Part shown: piece by piece, positions 1-7,763 of the stretch
Layout: each line of letters begins with the position of its first letter
How positions within the stretch are numbered: the stretch's first letter is position 1
Origin: Candidatus Levyibacteriota bacterium
GTDB taxonomy: Bacteria > Patescibacteriota > Microgenomatia > Levybacterales > UBA12049
Reading direction: 5' to 3'
Length of the DNA: 36,206 bases
Assembly (NCBI GenBank): GCA_023245475.1
Contig: JAHFKF010000002.1
Coordinates: forward strand, 1-36,206
The notes under the pieces: generated by a model
Told to the model about the DNA's origin: nothing
The model's input: the letters and a program-made list of their open reading frames with translations, nothing else
The model's database searches: none
Position numbers and translations under genes: made by a program

Positions 1-11
1 ATAGAAGGCTT

Positions 12-26
12 TACGATATAATCGTA
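12..26 (+). promoter_or_regulatory. Candidate -10 box (TATAAT, 17-22) inside a perfect 6-3-6 palindrome TACGAT-ATA-ATCGTA, 14 nt upstream of the first CDS
   Basis: Read directly from the sequence. Any -35 region would lie at or beyond the window edge, so the promoter cannot be fully evaluated. The palindrome could also be an operator. Confidence 0.3.
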
Positions 27-36
27 AACGTTAATT

Positions 37-687
37 ATGTTCAAAATAGAAAAATTAGATTTCCTTATTTCTTTTTATATTGTCTGCGTTACGTTATCAG
101 AAGTAATGGGTGCAAAAACCTTTCCTATCGCGACGTTCGGAACATTTACATTGAATGCAACCGTTGCTATTTTTGTGCTGCCAATTCTCTACTCTATTAA
201 CGACATCATTATTGAAGTCTATGGCAAAGAAAAAGCCAAAAGTATTGTACGATCAAGTCTTCTCATAATCTTTTTCATTTTCCTCTTTTCACTCCTTGCA
301 ACAAGCTTGCCAGCAAGTAAGCGATTTCTCTCAACTGAAGGAGCATATGACACGATCTTCGGTCTTTCAGCAAGATTTTCTGCAGCAAGTTTGATTGCAT
401 TTATTGTCAGTGAATTTGCTGATATTGCAATCTTTAGTAAGCTGCGAGAAAAGCTGGGTAAAACAAAACTCTGGCTTCGAACTAATGCTTCTAATTTCAT
501 CTCAGAGTTTCTTGATGTTGCGGTATTTATGATCCTCGCATTTTATGCATTTGACCAAAGTCTTGCAAGTAACTTAAGTTTTATTGCAAGTATTGCACTT
601 CCGTATTATCTCCTTAGATGCGTCATGTCGATTCTTGAGACACCACTTGTTTACTTAGGTGTAAAATGGTTGAAAAAAAGTAAATGA
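37..687 (+). CDS. yhhQ: VUT-family (DUF165) membrane transporter, YhhQ-like queuosine-precursor transporter
   Basis: 216 aa, about 6 hydrophobic helices. YSINDIIIEVYGKEKAK and FISEFLDVAVF motifs are typical of YhhQ/VUT proteins. The ATG overlaps nothing; the stop overlaps the next start (ATGA at 684-687). Confidence 0.75.
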   Translation: MFKIEKLDFLISFYIVCVTLSEVMGAKTFPIATFGTFTLNATVAIFVLPILYSINDIIIEVYGKEKAKSIVRSSLLIIFFIFLFSLLATSLPASKRFLSTEGAYDTIFGLSARFSAASLIAFIVSEFADIAIFSKLREKLGKTKLWLRTNASNFISEFLDVAVFMILAFYAFDQSLASNLSFIASIALPYYLLRCVMSILETPLVYLGVKWLKKSK

Positions 688-1223
688 AAATTATTCTCCT
701 CGATGTCTCATCGCTTGATGGCAAACTAACAAAATGGAAAGGCAGCAATATTTACGAATGGTCCTCAGCTGAAGATTTCGCCCATTTTCAAAAAGTCAAA
801 AAAGAAAATAACCTTCTTGTTATGGGTAGTGGTACGTTTGAAAAGGTAAAAGATCTTGAAAAAGCAGGACTCAAAGCAGAGAAGGAACGACTAAGAATCG
901 TCCTGACGAAAAATCCAAAGGAATATCAACAATATGTTGTCCCCGGACAATTAGAATTTTCTGATGAACAACCAAAGGAACTGGTAATACGTCTCAAAAA
1001 GCAAGGCTTTAGACAAATGCTTCTTGTTTCAGGTGGTAAAGTCGCAACATCATTCTTTAAAGCAAGTCTTATTAACGAGCTATGGTTAACGCTGGAACCA
1101 AGAATTTTTGGCATTGGGGAACCATTAGTCCAAGAAGAAGAATTTGATACACAGTTACAATTACTCAGTAGCGAAATACTGAACAAACAAGGAACGATTT
1201 TGCTAAAATATAAAGTACTATGA
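684..1223 (+). CDS. RibD C-terminal domain / dihydrofolate-reductase-like NADPH-dependent reductase
   Basis: 179 aa. MKIILLDVSSLDGKLT, LLVMGSGTFEKV and LLVSGGKVATSFFKASLINELWLTLEPRIFG match the RibD_C/DHFR-like fold signature. 4-nt overlaps with both neighbours. Confidence 0.7.
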   Translation: MKIILLDVSSLDGKLTKWKGSNIYEWSSAEDFAHFQKVKKENNLLVMGSGTFEKVKDLEKAGLKAEKERLRIVLTKNPKEYQQYVVPGQLEFSDEQPKELVIRLKKQGFRQMLLVSGGKVATSFFKASLINELWLTLEPRIFGIGEPLVQEEEFDTQLQLLSSEILNKQGTILLKYKVL

Positions 1224-1975
1224 TCGTCACACCTTACAAAACACATAAGATCTCTCCCAATGAAGATCTCTTTGCAATCCTTGATCGGTATCTCCCTCCA
1301 CTACAAGAAAAAAGTATTGTCGCGATTGCATCAAAAGTGGTTGGTATTTGTGAAGGTCGAGTTGTTAAAATTGATGACAACTTGATTAATCAAAAAGAAG
1401 ATTTAGTTAAGCAAGAAGCAGATTACTATCTGCCACGTGAATCAAATCAGTATAACTTTATGCTCACGATTAATCAGCAACTTCTTGTCGCATCAGCCGG
1501 CATTGATGAGTCAAACAGTAATGGCTATTACAGCATGTGGCCCAAAGATCCGCAAAAAAGTGTCAATGCAATAAGAGAACATCTTAGTAAAAAGCATGGT
1601 ATCAAAGAAGTGGGAATTATTATGACAGATAGTAAACTATCTCCATTGCGTTACGGCGTAACTGGCTATGCAATTGCACACAGCGGATTTGAAGGAACAT
1701 ATAGTTATGTAGGCAAGCCTGATATCTTTGGTAAAATCATGCGAGTTGAAAAAACAAATTTGCCTGATTCTCTTGCAACCACGGCAACACTTGTCATGGG
1801 GGAGGGAGATGAACAACAACCCCTAGCTATCATTACTGATGCTCCTTTTATTACATTTCAACAAAGGAATCCTACTAATGAAGAGTTGGAAGCAGTAAGA
1901 TTTCCACTAGAGGATGATGTCTATGGTGATTTATTAACATCTGTCACCTGGCAGAAAGGAAAAAAGAATGAATAA
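1220..1975 (+). CDS. CofE-like (F420-0:gamma-glutamyl ligase family) gamma-glutamyl ligase, possibly folate/pterin-related
   Basis: 251 aa. IVAIASKVVGICEGRVV, GIDESNSNG, IIMTDSKLSPLRYGVTGYAIAHSGF and ATTATLVMGEGDEQQPLAII resemble the CofE/FbiB N-terminal ligase domain. Confidence 0.7.
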   Translation: MIVTPYKTHKISPNEDLFAILDRYLPPLQEKSIVAIASKVVGICEGRVVKIDDNLINQKEDLVKQEADYYLPRESNQYNFMLTINQQLLVASAGIDESNSNGYYSMWPKDPQKSVNAIREHLSKKHGIKEVGIIMTDSKLSPLRYGVTGYAIAHSGFEGTYSYVGKPDIFGKIMRVEKTNLPDSLATTATLVMGEGDEQQPLAIITDAPFITFQQRNPTNEELEAVRFPLEDDVYGDLLTSVTWQKGKKNE

Positions 1976-2963
1976 ACCATTTCTTATCCGCGATTTAGAA
2001 GCAAATACATACAGAGAAAATTTCTTCGTTGCAGCTATCGTCACCATTTTTATTATTAGAATATTTTTACAATTAACTGACTATCCGCAACTTGGTCTAG
2101 GAGATTTACATATTGCTCATATTCTCTGGGGAGGACTGTTTATGCTGACAGCAATTATTATCCTGTTGTCATTCTTGAATAAATCCGCGGCCAGTATTGC
2201 AGCCGTCCTTGGGGGTATTGGCTTTGGAACGTTTATTGATGAACTGGGCAAAGTAATTACGAAAGAGAATGACTATTTCTTCCAACCAACGATTGCCTAT
2301 ATTTATATTACTTTTGTCCTACTATATTTGATTTCTCGTCTTATTCCACGATATCGGCCAATCTCTCAAAAAGAATATCTCGTCAACGCAATTGAGTTAG
2401 TAAAAGAATCAGCAATTAATGATTTCGATCAGGAGGAAGAAAAACGTGCACGAGACTATCTCAAAAATTGTCCACCAAATGATCCTCATGTCAAAGCAGT
2501 TAAAACACTCCTTGCAAACATTGATGCTCTTCCTGTTGCAAAACCAAATGCTCTTGTCCTAATGAGAATGCTACTTAGCAAATGGTATCATGACGTTGCC
2601 TATTCTGACCTCATCTTCAAAGTAGTTATTATCGTTCTAGGGTTTCAAATCATAAGAACAATCGCACAAACCATTTCAATACTTCGAATCAGACCTGAAT
2701 TGTCATTTGGAGAGTGGGGACAATTTAGTGCATCACTTCTTGCTGCATGTTTTCTGTTAATGGGATTTTTAACATTCAGACTCTCCAGAGTTGGTGCATA
2801 CCGATTCTTCCGCGTGGCAGTACTTATTTCTCTTTTCCTCACTGATTTTTTTGCTTTTATGGATCCTTCCTGGTTTGATATTGTCAGTATTATTGGCAAT
2901 GTCTTTATTCTACAAGTTATTAACTATGCTCAAACTGAAGAGAAACGAAAGAAAAAGAGATAA
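1968..2963 (+). CDS. Multi-pass membrane protein of unknown function (last gene of the overlapping 4-gene operon)
   Basis: 331 aa. N-terminal and C-terminal hydrophobic helix bundles are separated by a soluble ~90-aa charged segment. 8-nt overlap with the upstream CDS. No family recognised. Confidence 0.6.
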   Translation: MNKPFLIRDLEANTYRENFFVAAIVTIFIIRIFLQLTDYPQLGLGDLHIAHILWGGLFMLTAIIILLSFLNKSAASIAAVLGGIGFGTFIDELGKVITKENDYFFQPTIAYIYITFVLLYLISRLIPRYRPISQKEYLVNAIELVKESAINDFDQEEEKRARDYLKNCPPNDPHVKAVKTLLANIDALPVAKPNALVLMRMLLSKWYHDVAYSDLIFKVVIIVLGFQIIRTIAQTISILRIRPELSFGEWGQFSASLLAACFLLMGFLTFRLSRVGAYRFFRVAVLISLFLTDFFAFMDPSWFDIVSIIGNVFILQVINYAQTEEKRKKKR

Positions 2964-3005
2964 TGATTGAAAAACTCTAGTATTTATGTTTTAATTGCTA
3001 TATAA

Positions 3006-3084
3006 GCATCAAGAGTATCCTCCGATTATCGGAGGGTCAGCAACCCTAGAAGTGTGGGTGCTATCTCTGAAATATGAGAGATGC
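3006..3084 (+). promoter_or_regulatory. SAM riboswitch of the SAM-I clan (compact SAM-I/IV-like aptamer) upstream of metK
   Basis: The signature strings occur in canonical order: AUCAAGAG (3008-3015), hairpin CCUCCG-AUUAU-CGGAGG ending in GGAGGG (3019-3036), GCAACC (3040-3045), CCC/GGG helix, GGUGCUA (3057-3063). GCAUC (3006-3010) can pair with GAUGC (3080-3084), which contains the ATG at 3081. An alternative hairpin is AUCUCU/AGAGAU (3063-3068 / 3077-3082). Confidence 0.7.
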
Positions 3085-3095
3085 GTTTCATAAGT

Positions 3096-4217
3096 ATGAA
3101 AAAATTTCTTTTTACCTCTGAATCTGTTTGTGCTGGACACCCAGACAAAATCTGCGACCAAATTAGTGATGCAATTGTTGATGCTGCGCTTGCACAAGAT
3201 CCCACATCTCATACAGGAATTGAAACAGTCGCTGGTGCTGACAAGATTTGTTTGTTTGGAGAAGTGAAAACAAAAGCCAAAATAAACTATGAGAAAATCG
3301 TCCGAGACACAGTAAAGAGATTGGGATATACCGTACCAGCATGGGGCTTTAGCCAAAAATCTCTCTTCCAAAACTATGTCCATGAACAATCCCCTGAAAT
3401 TAATATGGGAGTTGCTCAAGATGGTGAAGTGGGTGCAGGCGATCAAGGGATGATGTTCGGCTATGCATGCGATGAAACCCCAGAACTTATGCCATTACCT
3501 ATTCAACTTGCTCACGCCCTCACAAGACGCATTGATGATACTCGAGAAAAAGGTAAACTTACATGGCTTCGTCCTGATGGCAAAACACAAGTAACCGTTA
3601 GGTATGAAAAGGGGAAACCTGTTTCAATAGCAAAACTGGTTGCAGCAGTTGCTCATGATGAGCAAACCAACGCTGAACAAGTACGAAGCGACATCATTAA
3701 ATATATTTTCAAACCAATTCTTAAACAATATAACTTTGCTATGCCAAGTGATGCAGATATTATTGTGAATGGAACCGGTCTCTGGCATATCCCAGGTCCT
3801 CAATCTGACGCTGGACTTACAGGCAGGAAAATTATCGTTGATACTTATGGCGGTTATGCCCGTGTTGGCGGTGGTGCCTTTAGTGGCAAAGACCCAAGTA
3901 AAGTTGATCGAAGTGGTGCTTATGCCGCCCGTTACATTGCCAAAAATATCGTCGCAGCCGGACTTGCGACCAAATGCGAAGTAGGGCTTGCGTATGTCAT
4001 AGGACAACCTCAGCCACTTATGCAGACAATTGATACCTTTGGCACAGCAACTGTTTCTGAGAAAGCACTCTACAACTTTAAAGATAAGCTGATTGATACC
4101 TCTGTAAAATCAATTATTGAAACGCTTGATCTTGCTCGACCAATTTATAGCCCAACAGGTGCCTATGGTCACTTTGGCCGAAAAGGTTTCCCTTGGGAAA
4201 AAGTCGTTTCTATCTGA
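3096..4217 (+). CDS. metK: S-adenosylmethionine synthetase (methionine adenosyltransferase)
   Basis: MKKFLFTSESVCAGHPDKICDQISDAIVDA, GAGDQGMMFGYA and GGGAFSGKDPSKVDRSGAY are classical MetK motifs. The ORF opens at ATG 3081, but alignment to canonical MetK N-termini favours ATG 3096. The start is uncertain between these two. Confidence 0.95.
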   Translation: MKKFLFTSESVCAGHPDKICDQISDAIVDAALAQDPTSHTGIETVAGADKICLFGEVKTKAKINYEKIVRDTVKRLGYTVPAWGFSQKSLFQNYVHEQSPEINMGVAQDGEVGAGDQGMMFGYACDETPELMPLPIQLAHALTRRIDDTREKGKLTWLRPDGKTQVTVRYEKGKPVSIAKLVAAVAHDEQTNAEQVRSDIIKYIFKPILKQYNFAMPSDADIIVNGTGLWHIPGPQSDAGLTGRKIIVDTYGGYARVGGGAFSGKDPSKVDRSGAYAARYIAKNIVAAGLATKCEVGLAYVIGQPQPLMQTIDTFGTATVSEKALYNFKDKLIDTSVKSIIETLDLARPIYSPTGAYGHFGRKGFPWEKVVSI

Positions 4218-4255
4218 GCTGCCACCTCTTGCCAAGTTAGAAAAATTGTGCAATA

Positions 4256-4798
4256 ATGACCCTACTTCAGGCTATGTATCTATTTTTTTCATCAATACTG
4301 TTACTTCTTCTTTTCTCGCTTGCCGCAGTTCCGTTTACCTTTGCTAAAACAGAAACGCATATTGAGGTATCAAATAATGGTGAGGGGGCAAACTCTGAAG
4401 TAAATGTTGAAAACAGTACTGGAGAAAGCACCGTATGTGTCAACGGCAAATGTACTACATCATCAGGAAACTCTGAAAATAACTCAACCGTCTGTATCAA
4501 TGGGGAATGCACTACTTCAAATGGAGATGTAAATATACACTCTGAAGATGAAAATGCCAAAGTAACTATTAATAACAATACTACCAGTGAAACAACAGTC
4601 ACTAATGAACTAAAAGAAAAAAACATTATCGATAAAGAGAAAAAGTGGAGTGATAAAAAGGCAAGTATTGAAGCGAAAAGAAAAGAAGTAAGACAAAAGA
4701 AAAAAGAAAAAGAAGAAACGTTTCTTGAACGATTAAAGCAATTTTTTACCTTTCAATTCTTCTTCAAAAAAGATAAAGAAACCCCAGGAAGCGAATAA
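4256..4798 (+). CDS. Secreted or anchored hypothetical protein with two CxNGxC repeats and a Lys/Glu-rich C-terminus
   Basis: 180 aa. Signal-peptide-like N-terminus (LFFSSILLLLLFSLAAVPFTFA/KTE), an Asn/Ser/Thr-rich middle, a KKEKEE-rich tail, then FFTFQFFF. No family recognised. Confidence 0.6.
   Translation: MTLLQAMYLFFSSILLLLLFSLAAVPFTFAKTETHIEVSNNGEGANSEVNVENSTGESTVCVNGKCTTSSGNSENNSTVCINGECTTSNGDVNIHSEDENAKVTINNNTTSETTVTNELKEKNIIDKEKKWSDKKASIEAKRKEVRQKKKEKEETFLERLKQFFTFQFFFKKDKETPGSE
4430..4543 (+). repeat. Tandem duplication of a 57-nt (19-aa) unit encoding TVC[VI]NG[KE]CTTS.G
   Basis: Units at 4430-4486 and 4487-4543 (TVCVNGKCTTSSGNSENNS / TVCINGECTTSNGDVNIHS), read directly from the sequence. 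Confidence 0.6.
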
Positions 4799-5156
4799 GC
4801 CAGATTCTGTTTCCCGCTTCGACTCGATCGAATCGAGGCGAGACGATCGCAATTTCTCTATGCCTGCAAACTTCGATGCTTCGGTAGCACGTATAGCCCG
4901 CCTAGACTTGCGTCTACGCGAGACTGGCGCATCATTCGGCAGTTGCAACAGGTAGGATTGCCCGTTTCATATTCACTCGTCTCTGTTGCTCTCAAATACC
5001 GTCAATTCAGTATCTGCTCCAACTCTCGTTTAGTGAAATAAAGAGTTGAATACTAGCGATTACTCGTCAGAGCTTACACTCCGTCCCCTGCTACTGTTGT
5101 CTGGACTTTCCTCAGGATACCAGAAGGCACCCTGTAGCGATCCTGCTTCCTGGGCT
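4781..5156 (-). ncRNA. rnpB: RNase P RNA, bacterial type A
   Basis: The reverse complement carries GAGGAAAGUCCAGAC (plus coordinates 5099-5113) and ACAGAAUCUGGCUUA (4796-4810), the two P4 strands. It also has a perfect 10-bp P1 (CCCAGGAAGC 5145-5154 with GCUUCCUGGG 4783-4792), a P2 GAUCGC/GCGAUC and an AGCAACAGAGA motif. Length is ~375 nt; ends are +/- a few nt. Confidence 0.9.
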
Positions 5157-5198
5157 GATAGTATAGCGAATTTTGTCCAAAGAAGCAAAAAAGAGGAA

Positions 5199-5807
5199 TT
5201 AGAGAAGCTCTTTTTGAAGGATTTTTTTCAATTCAGTAACTGCTTTTACCCGGTGGTTATACTGTTTCTGTTCTTCAGCAGTTAGTTCTGTCTCAAAATA
5301 ATATTTGTTGAGTTCCGGCAAAAAGAAAAACGATCGATACGGAAAGCCTTTTACTTCATTGAGACTTGGCTCTTTAGCAATAATGCCATTTACTTTACCA
5401 CCAACACTCCATACGCTACCATCTGGAAGAGCCAAAGAAAGTACTGCTTTAAATGAAGCATGACGATTATCCTCAGGAAGTTCCTTAGCAACTTTCTTCA
5501 TGTGCTGGATCAAATCGTTTTCTGTTGTTCCTTCTCCCAACCAACGCTTTGAATGAATTCCTGGTTTATTCCCCAATGCTGCAATTTCTAAACCTCCATC
5601 ATCTGAAACCGCTGGCAAGTTACTTTTTTTCGCGTAAAAAAGTGCCTTCTTCTGAGAATTCTCTTCGTAGGTCGTCCCGTCTTCTTCGACATCTTCGTCG
5701 ATACCAATATCGGTAAGCGAAACAAGTTCTACAGGAAGATCAGAAAGAAGATTACTCAATTCATGAAGTTTGGCAGGATTATGCGTGGCAATCAATAATT
5801 TTTGCAT
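5199..5807 (-). CDS. rdgB: Non-canonical purine NTP pyrophosphatase (XTP/dITP diphosphatase, RdgB/HAM1 family)
   Basis: 202 aa. MQKLLIATHNPAKLHEL, SDDGGLEI and GFPYRSFFFLPE are typical of RdgB/HAM1. Confidence 0.9.
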   Translation of the reverse strand: MQKLLIATHNPAKLHELSNLLSDLPVELVSLTDIGIDEDVEEDGTTYEENSQKKALFYAKKSNLPAVSDDGGLEIAALGNKPGIHSKRWLGEGTTENDLIQHMKKVAKELPEDNRHASFKAVLSLALPDGSVWSVGGKVNGIIAKEPSLNEVKGFPYRSFFFLPELNKYYFETELTAEEQKQYNHRVKAVTELKKILQKELL

Positions 5808-5811
5808 ATGT

Positions 5812-6255
5812 TTATTTTCTTGTAATTAATTTTTTATATCTCTTTTGAAAAATGGATGCCTCAGGATTCTCAGTCATATAGAGATTCTTTTCTAACCATC
5901 GCATTGTATCAGGATTTCCTAATACTGAAAAGACTACCAATATATCTCGATCCATCTCCCTTGCTACTTTCTCCAAGACCTGTTCAAACGCCTGAACTGA
6001 GGGAGTACCATGACCTGGCTGTGCACGCTTATGAATATTATTTAAGATGATAAGATTCCTATCATCAATTATGTCAAACGCATAATGTGCTAGCTTATCT
6101 CCAAGAGGAACATAGTCAAGAGTTACAGCAGGTAACGGATGCATACTATAAATCTCCCATTCACCACTGTGTTCACGAACTTTTTCTCCGCTGAAAACAC
6201 GTTGTAATAAAGCTGTAGTCATATTATAGTCAGGTTTTTCTCTTTCAGCACTCAT
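5812..6255 (-). CDS. Hypothetical protein (weak GNAT-like Q-x-x-G-x-G segment)
   Basis: 147 aa, packed between lysK (2-nt gap) and rdgB (4-nt gap). RAQPGHGTPSVQAFEQVLEKVA faintly resembles GNAT motif A. No confident family. Confidence 0.5.
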   Translation of the reverse strand: MSAEREKPDYNMTTALLQRVFSGEKVREHSGEWEIYSMHPLPAVTLDYVPLGDKLAHYAFDIIDDRNLIILNNIHKRAQPGHGTPSVQAFEQVLEKVAREMDRDILVVFSVLGNPDTMRWLEKNLYMTENPEASIFQKRYKKLITRK

Positions 6256-6257
6256 GA

Positions 6258-7748
6258 CTAAATATTCTTAAATCTATCTTTAATAAATTGCTTTTCCAAA
6301 GAAAGAATTAGCCATGCAGCTTTGGGGCCATGATCTTTGCCTATGAGAACTGTATAAATTGCCCCAAAGGTTTGCTTTCCTGTCAGTCCCATTTCTTTCC
6401 CTAATTCATAAATTTGTGTTTGAAACTCTTCAGCATCCCACTTCTTATCAAGTTCTGTAGCAATTTTTTGCAAGAGCTTTTTTTGTTCATTGGTTAATGC
6501 CTTTGCAGCTTCAGGAAGTTCTTTTTGAATTAAAAACTTTTCTGAATCAGATGCATATTTCTCGATGTATACTCTCGCATACGTTGCCCACTGCTCAAGT
6601 CCCTCTTCTGCAATTTTCTCCTGCATATTTGGCATTTGCACCCATTGGGCAAGAACAGAAAAGCGAACTGGAGGAACGTTCTTTATTTCTAGAATCTGTG
6701 ATAACTCAAAGGCACGAGCTAAATCTGCATCACCTTTTTCAAAGTACGCTTCTGCGGCTTTTTGATATTCATCATACAACTTAGGAATAATATCAGTTCC
6801 TTTTGGATTAAATTCAACAGCTCGATTTGGATCTGTCTTAATCATCAGAAAGCGAGCAACTTCTGGAGGTAATACTTCTAAAAGTTCTGCCCCTGTTAAA
6901 CCAAGCCCTTTTGAAGAAGACATCTTTTTACCATTCCATAAGAAAAATTCATATGCACGTGCCGCTGGTGGTTTTTGATCAAAGACAGCTTGGAGAATAT
7001 TGGCAGCAACTTCAAAAGAACTTCCTTTGGACATATGGTCTTTGCCTGACCATTCAATAGTCACTTTAAATGTATACCACTTTACTGACCATTCAGGTTT
7101 CCACGGCATTTTTGCATTCCCATCAAACGGAGAAATCTTTCCGGTTGTGCCACAACCCTGTGCCCATTTGACAAGATCTGGCAAACAGGTAAATGTTACT
7201 TCTTGTCCATCCCAATCAGTTACTTTAGTCGTTCCTAATTTACCACACGTTGGACAAATTACTTGCAGAGGAAACCAATCATCTTTCAAGGAGTTTTTAT
7301 ACATGTCTTCATAGACCTTGCGGACTTTTGTAACATTATCAAGCATCATTTTGATGCCTGTATTATAGATACCATTTTTGTAATTCTCTGATGCAAGATA
7401 AATCTTGGCGTTAATACCGAGAACCGCAAACATATCTCGCATTTTGGCACCGTAAAAGTCAGCAAACGTTCCATTGCCATCAGGAGATGGTGCCATAAAC
7501 GTTGGCACACCCATATATTGTTTATGCGAGACTTCAATAGAGGCAGGCAGGCCATCGATTGGATCAAAGTCATCAAAACCAAACGTATAGGTGACGTCTT
7601 TTTGTTGCTCTTTAAGAACACGAAAAAGCACATCATGAATAACAGGACCTTTAAGACCACCCATATGAGTAATGCCAGACGGAGTCCACGCATCGTTGAT
7701 CCACTCTTTTCCTCTTCTGTTTTTTAAAAATTCATCTGCCCAGAACAT
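6258..7748 (-). CDS. lysK: Lysine--tRNA ligase, class I (archaeal type)
   Basis: 496 aa. N-terminal FWADE..., TPSGITHMGGLKG (degenerate HIGH), CPTCGK zinc knuckle, GKDH, GKKMSSSKG (KMSKS-type loop), PPEVARFL and YDEY all match class I LysRS. Confidence 0.85.
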   Translation of the reverse strand: MFWADEFLKNRRGKEWINDAWTPSGITHMGGLKGPVIHDVLFRVLKEQQKDVTYTFGFDDFDPIDGLPASIEVSHKQYMGVPTFMAPSPDGNGTFADFYGAKMRDMFAVLGINAKIYLASENYKNGIYNTGIKMMLDNVTKVRKVYEDMYKNSLKDDWFPLQVICPTCGKLGTTKVTDWDGQEVTFTCLPDLVKWAQGCGTTGKISPFDGNAKMPWKPEWSVKWYTFKVTIEWSGKDHMSKGSSFEVAANILQAVFDQKPPAARAYEFFLWNGKKMSSSKGLGLTGAELLEVLPPEVARFLMIKTDPNRAVEFNPKGTDIIPKLYDEYQKAAEAYFEKGDADLARAFELSQILEIKNVPPVRFSVLAQWVQMPNMQEKIAEEGLEQWATYARVYIEKYASDSEKFLIQKELPEAAKALTNEQKKLLQKIATELDKKWDAEEFQTQIYELGKEMGLTGKQTFGAIYTVLIGKDHGPKAAWLILSLEKQFIKDRFKNI

Positions 7749-7763
7749 AGTTGTATTATAACA

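Noticed and set aside
1-36. preQ1 riboswitch upstream of the YhhQ-like transporter
   Set aside because: Only 36 nt are available. They show a TATAAT-containing palindrome but none of the preQ1-I/II core motifs I know. Anything further upstream is outside the window.
3009-3446. 145-aa minus-strand ORF
   Set aside because: It is antisense to metK and to the SAM riboswitch, with no family resemblance. metK on the plus strand is unambiguous.
4733-5285. ORF-track entries 4733-4948 (minus) and 5046-5285 (plus)
   Set aside because: Both lie within or across the RNase P RNA gene (and the rdgB 3' end). The conserved P4/P1/P2 RNA elements explain the region, and the peptides are low-complexity with no motifs.
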